Sequence record: NC_050153.1
DNA: 64,000 nucleotides
Reading direction: 5' to 3' (one strand)
From: Escherichia phage vB_EcoM-Ro157c2YLVW
Of the stretch, positions 21,206-32,428 are shown one piece after another. The position numbers and the translations under genes were made by a program. The notes beneath the pieces are model-generated. The model was not told the DNA's origin, did not search any database, and worked only from the letters and a program-made list of their open reading frames with translations. How positions within the stretch are numbered: position 1 is the stretch's first letter; every line of letters starts with the position of its first letter.

Positions 21206-23121
21206 GCCGCTACCCCCGCTTTCTGGATTGCTACCAGCAGATCAGCCAGGTGGCGAGCAGCGCCATTAACCAGCTCTTCGTTTTCCTCAAAACGCCCGGC
21301 AGCCTGAAGGGCTGCAATCGCTTCCCGGACATTACCCCGGGCGTTACGGATCTCCGCCATGTCAGTGCTTTGCATATCCATCACGTTATTGAGATATTCA
21401 ATGGCTTTATTAGCCTCTGCATCTGCTTCGCTAACCGTTTCATCAGGCTGTGCCGGGGCAGGTTCTGGCTGAGTAATCTCACCGACTTCGGCCTGCAATG
21501 CATTGATCATGCTCTGCACCATTTTCTCGGTGCCAGCGCCCCCCGGAAACGCAATATTGGGGAAAGTTTTTTGAAACTGAGTTTTCAGCATTACGCGGAA
21601 CTCGTCTGGTGAGCTGGTGGCCAGCTCCAGAGCTTTTTGTGCATATTTGCCAAACGGACCATTAGTAAGTGTCTTCGCCAGGAAGTCGAAAGAATCCTCG
21701 CGAGGCAATAACTTCAGGTCGTACTCACTCATTTGCTGATCAGAAAGCGGGGTATCGTAAGTAGCAATGCCGTAGCGTGCATATTCATAATACGGGTCAC
21801 CTTCATCAGGGCGAGGCAGAATTGCTTTGTTACCTTCAGGTATTGCGCCAGGGGCCGCCGGACGCATTTGCAGGGCATATCGATATGCACCTACAGAGAC
21901 TTCTGGTTCAGGCGAAGAGCTACCGGTATCCTCCGCTGGTTCAGGTTCGACGTTTTCCGGTTTATGTTCTTCTGGTTGGACTAGGTATTCCGATACATTA
22001 CCCGCTTTATAGGCTTTAAACAGCTTGCCGATCGCATCTGCCATGTCCACACCCTGTATGGATTTAGCCTTGATCATGTACACGCTGCCATCCGAATCGG
22101 TTAACTGGATATACCCTTCGCCGTCCTCAATGAATTGCTTCATTGATGCACCATTACTGAGCGTCACTTCCCCGTTCATATGCATACGATTTTTGATACT
22201 GGCAAGGCGATCCGTCATCGCGCGAGAGTGTCCACCAGTCATCCCCGCAGGAGCAATGGTATCGCGCCCACCAGTGCGATTGAGCTGATCAATCTCCGTC
22301 TGCAAACGCTCATTCTCTTCATAAAGAGAATCCGCTTCCGATGCAACAGCGTTAATTTTCTGCTCCAGATCTACCTTCTGCCCTTCTACCGCTGCCACCT
22401 GATCCACGAGGTCGCTCATGGCATCCTCTTTCTGGTCACTGTCAGCCTGTAGTTGGGTTATTTCATCAACAAGGGCTTTTTTCTTCTTCTGCGCACGCTG
22501 AAATTTTGCCGAGTTTTTCTCTGCAAGGTTGGCAAGTTTCATGGTGACCTGCGCCAGCGTCATATCACGTCCACTCATCGGAGCAACGGTGTGAGTAACG
22601 TCTTTTTTATTCAGTAAGAACTGGAAAGCAACCAGCGTATCGCTATTGGTGATCCGGTTTTCCGCTGTCGGGCTATGAAACAGAATGCTGATAGTCTGAC
22701 CATCACTGAGCGGAATAATGGCTGGCAGGACCGGCAGCCCGTTAACGTTACGTGCCCGGCCAATTTCAGCACCGCCGATCGCGCGCGCGCCGCTCTGGGC
22801 CACATCCCCCGTTTTATCACTCCCCGCAGAGATTCCGGTACCATTCAGCTTCTGGTTCAATGCCCGGACAAATGCCTGCATGGTCCGGTGTAACTGCAAA
22901 CGAGTAGAACTAATCGCCTCCAGTAAATCCGTAGCACACCAGTGGATCGGCGTGTCATAGAAGAACGTAGCCTCGATTTCCTCCAGGGTGTTGGATTCCG
23001 TCATCAGATAGCGGTCCTCACCGGCCATTAATGCGCGATATTCATCATCAGTCACTGGCGGGGGAAGCACGTCAAGCCCAGGCTTGATCGTCACCCCTTT
23101 ATTGATATTGAACTGTTCCAT
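21202..23121 (-). CDS. darA: DarA-like internal head / antirestriction protein (639 aa)
   Basis: 639-aa ORF in holin-antiholin-hdf-darA order; coiled-coil region; N-terminal region homologous to the upstream 203-aa protein. Confidence 0.55.
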   Translation of the reverse strand: MEQFNINKGVTIKPGLDVLPPPVTDDEYRALMAGEDRYLMTESNTLEEIEATFFYDTPIHWCATDLLEAISSTRLQLHRTMQAFVRALNQKLNGTGISAGSDKTGDVAQSGARAIGGAEIGRARNVNGLPVLPAIIPLSDGQTISILFHSPTAENRITNSDTLVAFQFLLNKKDVTHTVAPMSGRDMTLAQVTMKLANLAEKNSAKFQRAQKKKKALVDEITQLQADSDQKEDAMSDLVDQVAAVEGQKVDLEQKINAVASEADSLYEENERLQTEIDQLNRTGGRDTIAPAGMTGGHSRAMTDRLASIKNRMHMNGEVTLSNGASMKQFIEDGEGYIQLTDSDGSVYMIKAKSIQGVDMADAIGKLFKAYKAGNVSEYLVQPEEHKPENVEPEPAEDTGSSSPEPEVSVGAYRYALQMRPAAPGAIPEGNKAILPRPDEGDPYYEYARYGIATYDTPLSDQQMSEYDLKLLPREDSFDFLAKTLTNGPFGKYAQKALELATSSPDEFRVMLKTQFQKTFPNIAFPGGAGTEKMVQSMINALQAEVGEITQPEPAPAQPDETVSEADAEANKAIEYLNNVMDMQSTDMAEIRNARGNVREAIAALQAAGRFEENEELVNGAARHLADLLVAIQKAGVAA

Positions 23122-23122
23122 G

Positions 23123-23734
23123 TTAATTTCCTGCTTTCAGTTGCTTAAGACGGCGTTTGAGTTCGCCATTTCGGGCCTTTTCGTTATTGAGTCGGCCTGT
23201 CTCCTTATCCAGCTTCGCCCGCAAATCAGTGATCTGCTGTTGATTGAAAGACACCGAGTTCTGCGCTGATTTATAAGCGGCAACCACCTGAGCATTCCGC
23301 TGTTTTGCCTCTTGCAGGCGCTGAAAGTTGGATTTTACTGCCGGTTTCTTGTCTACCGGATTGGCAACACGTTTCGCTTTGGCGATCAGTGATTTCTGGA
23401 ATTTTGCGGAGTTTTTGCGGGCCGCTTGCCCCATGACGGTACCAAGCGTCTTGATATCCGGCGACTGAGCGTTAGGAATAGCTTTTCCATTCAGCCTCAC
23501 AGACGATATATCGCCAGTATCGTTTACCTGTATGGCAAGAATTTGTCCGTCGTTAAGAACCAGCTTTGCGGTTTTAACTTTAACGCCATCTTTCGTTGTT
23601 GCGCGGTTGCTGGAGTCAACCTCAATTACCGTAACACCGGTTTTATTGATCGCCGCGATAAGGGATTTCAGCCCCTTTTCATTAACCTGGTCAAAATCGA
23701 CCGTTGCATACTTATTTTTCGTCATCTGACACAT
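23123..23734 (-). CDS. hdf: Hdf-like protein (homolog of a DarA fragment, 203 aa)
   Basis: Shares segments with DarA-like protein (DGQ…, KNSAKFQ); positively charged C-terminal coiled coil. Confidence 0.5.
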   Translation of the reverse strand: MCQMTKNKYATVDFDQVNEKGLKSLIAAINKTGVTVIEVDSSNRATTKDGVKVKTAKLVLNDGQILAIQVNDTGDISSVRLNGKAIPNAQSPDIKTLGTVMGQAARKNSAKFQKSLIAKAKRVANPVDKKPAVKSNFQRLQEAKQRNAQVVAAYKSAQNSVSFNQQQITDLRAKLDKETGRLNNEKARNGELKRRLKQLKAGN

Positions 23735-24155
23735 CCTGTGCGAGATTTATTACGTAACTTCTGCGGATTTGCTGAGTAACAGGGAAAATCCGATACAACG
23801 GGTTAATGAACGAGTCGCCATGCGTAACCATGACGTTGAAATGCCACAGTCGCTCTCCTTTACCCATATATTCAGTGGGTATGTACAACCATTCACTGTT
23901 TTCGCCCTGTTCAGCCGACGTCAAACAACGTTGTTCGCCTTCAATCACTGTCGTCGGCTTCTGAACATCGCGGATCCAATATCTGACTGTTGCGCCGCGC
24001 AAAAACGGGAATTTAGACCGGTATTTGAACGGCACCCGGATGAAACCCGGTTTAATTTCCACATCACCAAGTTCTAAATGCGTGATGTCCTTGCGTTTTA
24101 GCAAATAGCGATCGGCTAAGGCTAACGCAAGAACGCATACACCCCAGCCAATCAT
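23712..24155 (-). CDS. lydB: LydB-like holin antagonist (147 aa)
   Basis: ORF overlapping the stop of the upstream holin-like gene; assignment by synteny and size (memory). Confidence 0.45.
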   Translation of the reverse strand: MIGWGVCVLALALADRYLLKRKDITHLELGDVEIKPGFIRVPFKYRSKFPFLRGATVRYWIRDVQKPTTVIEGEQRCLTSAEQGENSEWLYIPTEYMGKGERLWHFNVMVTHGDSFINPLYRIFPVTQQIRRSYVINLAQDVSDDEK

Positions 24156-24481
24156 TTCCCGCCTCCCTTTTTCACCAAACTTGTAAGAACATTCAGAATG
24201 CTATCGATATTCACTCGTTTCATCCCTGAAATCACCTCATGACCGTTATTGCTGGCTATCGTTACCATTAAGTACGTAATTGATAACTCCCAGCCCTCGT
24301 GTTGCCCCAATAGGTACGCCACCGCGCCAGCTGTCACTGCAACAAAGATCTCCGTAACCAATCCCAACAAATTGCCAGACTGGCGACCGTCTCGGACATC
24401 CATCAGGAACGTGCCTATCCCACCAATTACTGAAAGCAGGAGCGCAATAGCAACTGGAGCTAATTCCTGTGTGTCAAGCAC
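24152..24481 (-). CDS. lydA: Holin (LydA-like, 109 aa)
   Basis: Two strongly hydrophobic helices (LAPVAIALLLSVIGGIGTFLM; LLGLVTEIFVAVTAGAVAYLLG) and charged C-terminus; first gene of the operon. Confidence 0.55.
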   Translation of the reverse strand: MLDTQELAPVAIALLLSVIGGIGTFLMDVRDGRQSGNLLGLVTEIFVAVTAGAVAYLLGQHEGWELSITYLMVTIASNNGHEVISGMKRVNIDSILNVLTSLVKKGGGK

Positions 24482-24539
24482 AAGTTCCCTCCTACGTTGT
24501 CAGGAGGTAATGGTATGCAAAGTAACTTCTCAACCGGTC

Positions 24540-24746
24540 ATGCAAAGACAACAAGCGGAAAAAGAAAAGCAAAGCCTGCTACAACTCGTCAGGGATAAAA
24601 CTCAGCTCTGGGACTCACAGTTACGGCTAGGCATTATTTCCGTTCAGGGTAAACAAAAATTAACCGAGTGGATTCTCTATGCGCAGAAAGTCGAATCCAC
24701 GGATACCTCCATCCTTCCAGTAACGTTTCCCGAAAAGCCGGAATGA
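24540..24746 (+). CDS. Small coiled-coil protein (68 aa), divergent from the lysis/dar operon
   Basis: ATG at 24540, in frame with the tail of track ORF 24249..24746; followed by hairpin aggcccgggatcgggcct; weak ribosome-binding site. Confidence 0.25.
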   Translation: MQRQQAEKEKQSLLQLVRDKTQLWDSQLRLGIISVQGKQKLTEWILYAQKVESTDTSILPVTFPEKPE

Positions 24747-25080
24747 GGAAAGGCCCGGGATCGGGCCTTAATTAATATCTATAATCCCAACAAATAAGGG
24801 CTAACAATTTTGTTAATTTTCTCTGGATATAATGCATGTGCTTTAATATACCTGAAGTTATATTAAAGAGCGTCATGTAAAAATTAAATAAATCAATTAA
24901 ATCTATTTTCAATAGACAAATCAAAATTTTTAACAGATATGTATAGAAATGGCAAGCCATAAATTAATAATGACATCCTTAATAAGCCCAAAGAAACACT
25001 GAATAGATAAAATATAAATTATTGCATCCCAAAATACAGAAAGTAGTGGCAATCTTGCAACTTATTATCAATACAATATT

Positions 25081-25115
25081 GACATCCCTTTAGTGCTCAG
25101 TTTAAAATTAATATT
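25081..25115 (+). promoter_or_regulatory. Sigma70-like promoter upstream of the acetyltransferase gene
   Basis: ttgaca, 17-bp spacer, taaaat within an AT-rich block about 120 bp upstream of the start. Confidence 0.35.
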
Positions 25116-25234
25116 TGTGTTTACATTGTGCGTTGGTTTAGTTTAGCAGGAACGCAGTAACACACTGATGCTTATTGTTTTAATTATAATGTCGATATAT
25201 AACCATAGAAACCAAAAATATAGGCAGTTGCAAT

Positions 25235-25807
25235 ATGTTATGTTACTTAATAGCTATTCACTTTGTCATCTTTGGGAATTCAAAAGCTCTATTGAGCTAT
25301 TGGATGGCTGAAGTCATCAGGCGAGAAAAAATGGATGTTTGGCGACTATTAAGAGAGAAGAGGCAGCGCAATCGGAATTTCCTTTTCTGGTGGAGATTGG
25401 CTAATGAAATGCATATTAATGGTAATAAATTACATAAGAAAGCAGCCAAAAAGTTAAACAGTAAAATAATTAACAAATTTGGTTGTGAAATTGGATTGGG
25501 CGCAAATATTGGAAAAGGGTTAACAATTCCCCATCATGCTGGAATTGTTGTTCATTTTGCTGTTGATGCTGGTGAAAATCTGGTGTTACGACAGAATACG
25601 ACCATTGGACAGATAGATGGTGACATACCTGGTTCAAGAGTAAAAATTGGTAGCAACGTTGATATCGGAGCTAATTGTTGCATCATTGGATTATCACGTA
25701 AAATTGGGGATAATGTAAAAATAGGTGCAATGTCTTTTATAAATAAAGATATACCATCGAACTGCACATATATTACTAAAAAGAGCGGTGTTGTATTGTA
25801 TAAATAG
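25235..25807 (+). CDS. Hexapeptide-repeat O-acetyltransferase (left-handed beta-helix; CysE/WcaB-like, 190 aa)
   Basis: Repeating [LIV]-G-x-x-x-x hexapeptides (IGKGLTIPHHAGIVVH…VKIGSNVDIGANCCIIGLSRKIGDNVKIGAMSF); gene and flanks are AT-rich. Confidence 0.7.
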   Translation: MLCYLIAIHFVIFGNSKALLSYWMAEVIRREKMDVWRLLREKRQRNRNFLFWWRLANEMHINGNKLHKKAAKKLNSKIINKFGCEIGLGANIGKGLTIPHHAGIVVHFAVDAGENLVLRQNTTIGQIDGDIPGSRVKIGSNVDIGANCCIIGLSRKIGDNVKIGAMSFINKDIPSNCTYITKKSGVVLYK

Positions 25808-25814
25808 AGTACAT

Positions 25815-25852
25815 AAAGCCATCAATATTTCTATCGATGGCTTTATCTTTTT
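25815..25852. terminator. Hairpin terminator between convergent acetyltransferase and tail-fibre assembly genes
   Basis: aaagccatc…gatggcttt stem followed by atcttttta. Confidence 0.5.
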
Positions 25853-26429
25853 ATTGCGGGGCGACTGGCCACTCAACATCCGCTGCTACTGCTGTATCAA
25901 CACGATTCAACAATACCCGATATGTCTTCCATGCAGTCAGTAACGATGCCTCTTCCTCCGTCGCAATATCCAAATCTACGGCATCCTGAAGTGGCGCAAT
26001 ATGCTCACTGGCCATCTGCATCAGGCTGTTTTTTGTTTCTTCCGCCTTCCGGATCCGGAACAGTTTTTCTGCTTCTGCATCTTTCACCCAGGCTGTGCCG
26101 TTCCACTTCTGAAACTCCCCTTCCGGGGATAACCAGGTGACATTTTCCGGTAATGGGCCAAGTTCAGAAATAAATAACGCGTCGCCGGAAGCCACGTCAT
26201 AGACGGTTTTTCCCCGATGGTCTTCAACGAGATTCCACGATGCCTCATCACTGTTGAAAACGGCCACGAAGCCAGCCGGAATATCTGGCGGGGCAATATC
26301 GGTACTGTTTGCAGGCAGACCTGTATGAGGTGGAATGTATGCATCACCTTCACCAATAAACTCATTGGTTCCGGTCAGTAGATTATAAATTTTTATGGTC
26401 CGTGATTGTTCACTCATTCTGAATGTCAT
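25851..26429 (-). CDS. Tail fibre assembly chaperone (Tfa-like, 192 aa)
   Basis: Located immediately downstream of the tail fibre gene, size and acidic composition typical of Tfa/U proteins; start overlaps fibre stop. Confidence 0.6.
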   Translation of the reverse strand: MTFRMSEQSRTIKIYNLLTGTNEFIGEGDAYIPPHTGLPANSTDIAPPDIPAGFVAVFNSDEASWNLVEDHRGKTVYDVASGDALFISELGPLPENVTWLSPEGEFQKWNGTAWVKDAEAEKLFRIRKAEETKNSLMQMASEHIAPLQDAVDLDIATEEEASLLTAWKTYRVLLNRVDTAVAADVEWPVAPQ

Positions 26430-29278
26430 TATGCAAGCCTCACAATATAGTTAAATGCGATGTTTTTTACGGTGTTTTCTTCGTTACCCGTAGCGTTAAC
26501 GGTGATGGTGTGTCCGTGGGGACCAATAATGACAGAATGGGCATGAGCACCAATGCCGATAGTGTGGTTATGGGCACCGATATATACATTGTGAGCATGC
26601 CCGCCTGCGCTCGACGTGGTACCAGTACCTAACGCAGCGTTAAAACCGGCTGATACACCATTCCCCGCGCCAGTGTGACCAACAGGTATATTGTGTGAAT
26701 GATTTCCAGCGCTATTCGTAGTTTTTGTGCCGTAATCAAATGAACTGGTCGTTTTAGTACCGTAATCAAACGACGATGTGGTTTTCGTCCCCAAATCCGT
26801 ACTGGATGCGCTGGCGCTGTGGGTGTGCGATTTAATGCCGTCCTGTTCCTGAGACAATACGGCACGACCACTGCCGGGCTTGCCCTTAATCGTCCAGCCA
26901 CGCATATCAGGAATAACGCCTGACGGATAAGCCGCTGCAAGTTTCGGGTATGCAGATTTGTCAAAAGTCTGCCCCTGCATCAGGGCATAACCAGACGGAA
27001 CGGTATCTGATGGCCACGGGATTGGTGCGCCGACTGGGTAGCTTTCTGGTGGAAGATTTTTCGAGGTATAAACTTCTGCCCAGTCTTCCTCAAAACCATA
27101 ACCGTCTCTTGAAGAACGGTAGAACAGACCACCATTTCTGTAATGCGCCTTCATCTGCAAGGTCGGGCAACTTCCGACTCCGGTATAGAAGTTAACCAGA
27201 ATATAGCTGTCGGCAGAGCGAATGACATTGTAAGCGCCTGATTCGGCATTCCAGGGAACGCCCCCATCCGCATCGGCATACGTATCCGTTGCTCTTCTGG
27301 CAAAAGCAGCAACATGCGCAGCGGTTAAAGTGATATCAGTAGAACCATCAAACGAGACGCCATTGATAGTACATGCTGTCTGCAACTTGGTCGCTGTAGC
27401 CGCATTACCAGAGGTGTCCTGATCCCCTTTGGCATTGACGCCGGGAATTGAATCTTTTGACGTATAGACCTGCGCCCATTCAGACCAGTTGGCAGAATCA
27501 GTATCACGCCGCGAACGGATATGTACGGGCGCATGGTCACCGCTCGTGCCACTCCAGCCAATGAATAACTCACCTTCGCCAGCAGCGGTGGCACCTTTAA
27601 GGTGAAGCACATTGCCATAGGTGGAAGGGTAGCCATTGTTGTATGCCTCATACAGCTGAATCCCGGATGTTCCCTGTGCATTCGCCTCTAGGGCCGTTAC
27701 GCGACCGCGAGATACCAGAGTATTGATATTAATGTCAGCCGAACCATCGAATCTGACGCCATTAATGTTTATGGCTGTTTTTAATTTCGTCGCGGTGTCG
27801 GCGTTCCCTGTCAGCGCCCCGGTGATCCCACCGTTGAAAGTCTGGCGTGCACTCCATTTGTTAGCCGTGCTCAACAGGGGGATCTTTTCACCGCTTGTGC
27901 CAAGTTCTCTTAAATCAAGGTATTGGATAACAGCAAGGACGCTTGTTTTGGCCAGAATATCGCGACCGACTGACGTTAAGTCAGTCTGAGAAATAGTGTC
28001 TGTACCGGTAAAGTACGGCAATTTATTTGCGCCTGTAGCAAGACCAGCAAGCGCGGTTAAAGTTGCATCCAGAGGCTGTTTGCCTGCCAGCGCATTTGTC
28101 ATTGTTGTCGCAAAGTTCGGGTCATTACCAAGTGCTGCGGCAAGCTCATTCAGGGTATCAAGAGCTTCTGGTGATGAACCAACCAATGCGGATATGGCAG
28201 CTCTTACATAAGCGGTCGTAGCAATCTGCGTGTTATTCGTACCCTGTGCAGCGGTAGGCGCAGTAGGTATTCCCGTTAATGCAGGACTTGCTAAAGGAGC
28301 TTTAAGAGCCAGAGCATTGTTGATAGTTGTGCTGAAATTCGGGTCGTTATTGATCGCAGCAGCTATTTCTTTAAGCGTATCCAGTGTGCCAGGTGCACCG
28401 TTGATAAGTGCCGTTATAGCTGCCTTAACAAAGGCTGTATTTGCGATCTGCGTGCTATTTGTACCTTGCGCTGCCGTCGGCGCGGTTGGCGTTCCTGTCA
28501 GACTCGGGCTTTCTATTGGCGCTTTGGTATCAGCAAGATCTTTTACAGACTTAACGGCTTTAGGGGTAGCCGCCATTGTTTCGCTGTCGCTGTTAGTTTC
28601 GCTACTGAGCTGAACTAATCCCTTTTGCGTTGTGCTTGCATCCTGCGCCGTATACTTACTGTTCGCCAGATCGTAGGCTTTTTTAACTGCCAGCGAACTT
28701 GCAGCAACATCACTTCTGCTACTGGTTACAGAGTCTGAAATATCAATGCCGATCGTGCGGTTAATACGCTCGGATGTATCAATCATCTCCTGGGTAATGG
28801 CTGATACTCCAGCAGGGATATTCACCGTACAAACAAGCAGCTCCCCATCTCCTAACTGATATGAATCGGTATAGGTTCTGGTAACAAATTCAGCCGCATG
28901 AATATGTGACGCGGTATTAACCTGATAGGTATCCTCTCCAAGGAGGTATCTTCCCTTCAGCACAATTGCATATTTCTTGCCTGCACTAAGTGCAAGAGGA
29001 ATATCCGTACATTGCTGAATAGTTACCTGGTAGAATTCACCAATATCCACCGACGCCGCGCCTGCGGTTTTATCTCCATCCACTGAGGTGATTAACAGGT
29101 TCATCCCACCGCCAGGCTTAGGTAAGAAACCGGCATAAAATCCCGGGTCAACAATCCCCCTGAATTTTCGGTTTAGCGCGGCTGACAGATATGGTTCGTG
29201 GTATTGCACATCAGCAACCAGAGCCAACGACTCGGGTGATGGGTAAGTAACCGATGTAACAACTGTAACGTCATTCAT
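26429..29278 (-). CDS. Tail fibre protein (about 949 aa)
   Basis: Tandem about 60-aa repeats (…[22 protein letters not shown]…NDPNF…), [10 protein letters not shown] x3, His-rich C-terminal repeats ([25 protein letters not shown]); start set to internal ATG (MNDVTVV) rather than the upstream TTG. Confidence 0.8.
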   Translation of the reverse strand: MNDVTVVTSVTYPSPESLALVADVQYHEPYLSAALNRKFRGIVDPGFYAGFLPKPGGGMNLLITSVDGDKTAGAASVDIGEFYQVTIQQCTDIPLALSAGKKYAIVLKGRYLLGEDTYQVNTASHIHAAEFVTRTYTDSYQLGDGELLVCTVNIPAGVSAITQEMIDTSERINRTIGIDISDSVTSSRSDVAASSLAVKKAYDLANSKYTAQDASTTQKGLVQLSSETNSDSETMAATPKAVKSVKDLADTKAPIESPSLTGTPTAPTAAQGTNSTQIANTAFVKAAITALINGAPGTLDTLKEIAAAINNDPNFSTTINNALALKAPLASPALTGIPTAPTAAQGTNNTQIATTAYVRAAISALVGSSPEALDTLNELAAALGNDPNFATTMTNALAGKQPLDATLTALAGLATGANKLPYFTGTDTISQTDLTSVGRDILAKTSVLAVIQYLDLRELGTSGEKIPLLSTANKWSARQTFNGGITGALTGNADTATKLKTAININGVRFDGSADININTLVSRGRVTALEANAQGTSGIQLYEAYNNGYPSTYGNVLHLKGATAAGEGELFIGWSGTSGDHAPVHIRSRRDTDSANWSEWAQVYTSKDSIPGVNAKGDQDTSGNAATATKLQTACTINGVSFDGSTDITLTAAHVAAFARRATDTYADADGGVPWNAESGAYNVIRSADSYILVNFYTGVGSCPTLQMKAHYRNGGLFYRSSRDGYGFEEDWAEVYTSKNLPPESYPVGAPIPWPSDTVPSGYALMQGQTFDKSAYPKLAAAYPSGVIPDMRGWTIKGKPGSGRAVLSQEQDGIKSHTHSASASSTDLGTKTTSSFDYGTKTTSSFDYGTKTTNSAGNHSHNIPVGHTGAGNGVSAGFNAALGTGTTSSAGGHAHNVYIGAHNHTIGIGAHAHSVIIGPHGHTITVNATGNEENTVKNIAFNYIVRLA

Positions 29279-29289
29279 CAAGCATATCC

Positions 29290-29724
29290 TTATGCTGTAG
29301 TCGTGTTTATGGCCATAACTGCGGTATATGTTTTGCCCACATACAGCGAGTCTTCCTGGACACAAATAATGGCGATTGGCTTGTTCTCGTTATCCAGAAC
29401 AACCAGAGTGTTGAATGGGTAGTTTTTCCCTTCCTGCAACTGGCTTTGATCAAGGTCCATTCGGACAGTAATTATCCCACCTGAGTAGGTTGGCACGAGG
29501 TTGATGGTACAAAATTGGCTGGTCAGTTCTGCCAGATCGAAAGCCTTTGGCAGTTCTCCAATCTCATAAGTGCCATCTCCTTTCTTAGTAACCAGAGAAC
29601 TGGTACCGAAAACGGCCTTGCTGATTAAAAATCGAGAGCCTTTGTTAATGGACGATTCAGCGCGCCGCTGATAGTAATAGTCCAACAACTGACTCTTATA
29701 GAGGTTTGTTGAGACGTCAGACAT
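29290..29724 (-). CDS. Tail fibre / baseplate-associated structural protein (R-like, 144 aa)
   Basis: Small ORF immediately upstream of the tail fibre gene; synteny. Confidence 0.45.
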   Translation of the reverse strand: MSDVSTNLYKSQLLDYYYQRRAESSINKGSRFLISKAVFGTSSLVTKKGDGTYEIGELPKAFDLAELTSQFCTINLVPTYSGGIITVRMDLDQSQLQEGKNYPFNTLVVLDNENKPIAIICVQEDSLYVGKTYTAVMAINTTTA

Positions 29725-29802
29725 GATTTTCCCTAATCACTGTTGTGAAGCCTCATTGTAAGAGAAGTAACTTGTCACCCCGCCCTGCGGACGGGGTGAT
29801 TG

Positions 29803-30642
29803 TCAGGCGTCGCTATCCAGCAACAAATCATCTGCGCGGGTGCGATCAAACGTAGGTGTCGCTTTCACAATAGTGCCACCAGGCGTTGCGGTGATCGGGG
29901 CGCTAATCGACGTAACTCCAGTAAGCGAAGTTGTATCCGAAGTTTCAAACCAGCAGAATGCTTTTTCGGTATCAGAAATCTCGTTCAAAGTGATCATGTC
30001 GGCCTGTTCATTTACAACAACCGACAAATAGAGCGTAAGCCCATCAAACACTATATGCAGTGGCAGTAGAGGCTTTACGAACTGATTAAACTTTCTGAGA
30101 ATTTCTTCTGTAATTGCGGACTGATCTATCGTGCCAGTAATACCCATTGTCCGGGCCAGGTCGTTTATGGGAATACTGATCATCCCTCTGGAAGTCAGAA
30201 ACATCTCGCCGAATGTGCCGCCGGTAGTCTCCAATGTGCTTTCTGGTATTAGAACTGTGCCATAGGGATGACGCTCAAGGTCCACCGGTGCATATATCGG
30301 ATCCCATAAAACAGAAATACCGTTAAATTCGCGGTAAATTGTCTGGTTTATAGGACGTTCAGTTCCCTTAAAGTGGATCTCATCAAGCCGCTGTTGTAAC
30401 AACATCGGAACGGAAGATGAGTCCGAGGTTCTGATAGTAAAGAACTGGCCAAGTTCATTTGTCCTGGTCTCCAGATCCTCCTTGCTCATGGAGAAAATAG
30501 ACTTCCGGTTGGTAATTCGCTCCAACCATGGGTCAACAAAGGTGTCCATCATTGACTGAACCAAATCAGCCAATGATTTATAGAGCAATGACTTTTGCTT
30601 AGCTGATGTAAGCCGGTTATTAAACCAGGAACGCTGCATCAC
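29803..30642 (-). CDS. Baseplate protein (279 aa)
   Basis: Position between baseplate J-like gene and fibre genes; overlapping start/stop with upstream gene. Confidence 0.4.
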   Translation of the reverse strand: MMQRSWFNNRLTSAKQKSLLYKSLADLVQSMMDTFVDPWLERITNRKSIFSMSKEDLETRTNELGQFFTIRTSDSSSVPMLLQQRLDEIHFKGTERPINQTIYREFNGISVLWDPIYAPVDLERHPYGTVLIPESTLETTGGTFGEMFLTSRGMISIPINDLARTMGITGTIDQSAITEEILRKFNQFVKPLLPLHIVFDGLTLYLSVVVNEQADMITLNEISDTEKAFCWFETSDTTSLTGVTSISAPITATPGGTIVKATPTFDRTRADDLLLDSDA

Positions 30643-32072
30643 TCCTCCTCATACGAAATATTAAAGGTGGAGTTTTCTGTATCCAGATAAACGAAATCGT
30701 AAAAGCCGTTGGACTCATTCCACTCGACAAATTCCAGATAAAAGTCGCGGAAATAACCCAGCGTTTCGATAAACGCCCAAACGTCTTTTTTCTTAATCAG
30801 GATGTACTTCCCGACGCGGTTCGGATCAAAGAAAGTTGAGTCGCGCCCAAATTTTGTTTCCAGTGCCGACTTCAGCTCATCGGTCACATTCTCAATGGTC
30901 AGGCTTGCCGATATCCGTCCGGTGATGGTTATCTTAAATGGTAGTTTTCTGACCTCTTTATACGAGAATTTCTTGTTCAACTCATTCGGCACCTTCTTAA
31001 AGGCAGCCAGGATCATTTCTTCAAGCTCTGACTGGCTTTTATTTGGATGCCACCCTGAAATAAATATCTTATTGATATTCCGAACATTATAAGCACCATC
31101 TAATTTCTCTTGCTGGCCTTCGCCCCATGCCTTTACCCATGACAGTCCCGGGATGTTACGCACCAGAAAATACGTATAGTCCCCGCCCCATACGACCTGA
31201 TCATCATAGGCAAGGTAATATTGTGCACGATTACGTGTGATCTCCGTTGTTTCGGCATCGGTACCTGCGGTTATGGGTGTCGTTGTCTTAACTGAAATCA
31301 AATTAGCTAAATTAGCCGCAGAATCGACAGGCGTCAGATTTTGGCCAGCAACCAAGGTTATATCTCCGTTGGTGCACCATACCTTAAGTGTAATGGTCGA
31401 GCCTTCTGGCGGTATTTGCCCAATTAGCCCATCACCGAATCGAACCCCCAACTGCTCGGATGGTTTATAAAACTCAACGTAGACTTGGCTTTTACTACCG
31501 GCTAACCGGAACATAGTGCTGGAAGACCACTGCGTGGTCTTACCATCGGTCGTCACGAATACTTCCAGCTTATAGCAGACAGCAGTGAGAGCCTTTGATA
31601 ACACGACTTCCAGAAATTCTTTGGCTGCCGTAACGGTATATGTCACCTCCTGGATTTCCAACTGTGCCACTTCTACCGTACCGGTGCCGTCAACCAACCT
31701 GCATACATCCATAGTCATGTAAGGGTACTGGTCGTCAGATATTAAAGGCATGTTTTTGGGGATTACCGCTGGGGCATCTTCACTTGTGGCGGTGATCTCA
31801 ATCATCCCCGATGACGGTGTTGGCTTGGTACCAACGTAACTATTCGTTTCTGCCGCTGCCAGGATAGAGGAACGCCGCGTCGCGGTCGATATAAAGCCTT
31901 CAGCCAGCGCCGCATCGGCATACTGAAAGCACCTGTAGACAATCTGGGTAATAAACAATGTCAGCATCGAGACAAATTGAGAGCCGACAAACTTCGACCA
32001 GAATGAATCTTTCTCGACAAGCTCTTCAAACTCTGCACGAATACTGTCTTTAGTCGGTGTTGTTTTACTCAT
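30639..32072 (-). CDS. Baseplate wedge protein (J-like, 477 aa)
   Basis: Size and position downstream of a W/gp25-like gene in a myovirus-type tail module. Confidence 0.4.
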   Translation of the reverse strand: MSKTTPTKDSIRAEFEELVEKDSFWSKFVGSQFVSMLTLFITQIVYRCFQYADAALAEGFISTATRRSSILAAAETNSYVGTKPTPSSGMIEITATSEDAPAVIPKNMPLISDDQYPYMTMDVCRLVDGTGTVEVAQLEIQEVTYTVTAAKEFLEVVLSKALTAVCYKLEVFVTTDGKTTQWSSSTMFRLAGSKSQVYVEFYKPSEQLGVRFGDGLIGQIPPEGSTITLKVWCTNGDITLVAGQNLTPVDSAANLANLISVKTTTPITAGTDAETTEITRNRAQYYLAYDDQVVWGGDYTYFLVRNIPGLSWVKAWGEGQQEKLDGAYNVRNINKIFISGWHPNKSQSELEEMILAAFKKVPNELNKKFSYKEVRKLPFKITITGRISASLTIENVTDELKSALETKFGRDSTFFDPNRVGKYILIKKKDVWAFIETLGYFRDFYLEFVEWNESNGFYDFVYLDTENSTFNISYEEE

Positions 32073-32428
32073 AGCACCACGTCCTGTGTGATAGTTATAT
32101 CCCTGATACGAATGGATATTTTCAACTTATCAAAAGCATCTCCCTCGGCTACTGACAAGCCAGAAATCGGTATGTCAGGTAAATCTACCGTCAGTTTTTG
32201 CAACAGCATTGCCTCAACCGCAATTTGAACATGCGACAAGTTGGTCGGTTCGTGTTTAAACTGCGGTAAAACATTGCCCCATGACGGATCTCCGTATACC
32301 TCACCCTGATAAGTGTTTAGCCACTCATATAAACGAGCGCCCCAGGCCTCCTCCTGGGACTCATACGTTTTTACGCCGGATAACTCCAGCGTCAGCAAAG
32401 GATCAATTTCGTTATTGTTGGCCATCAA
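32069..32428 (-). CDS. Baseplate protein (GpW/gp25-like, 119 aa)
   Basis: About 120-aa ORF directly downstream of the tape measure gene with overlapping stop/start. Confidence 0.4.
   Translation of the reverse strand: MMANNNEIDPLLTLELSGVKTYESQEEAWGARLYEWLNTYQGEVYGDPSWGNVLPQFKHEPTNLSHVQIAVEAMLLQKLTVDLPDIPISGLSVAEGDAFDKLKISIRIRDITITQDVVL

Noticed and set aside
24249-24539. Upstream part of the 165-aa track ORF antisense to the holin gene
   Set aside because: The 5' two-thirds run antisense through the holin coding region; only the last 68 codons, which are intergenic and followed by a terminator, are retained as a low-confidence feature.
29278-29365. Upstream TTG start for the tail fibre gene giving 978 aa
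   Set aside because: That start would overlap the preceding gene by about 75 nt; the internal ATG (MNDVTVV) just after the preceding gene's stop is more plausible.
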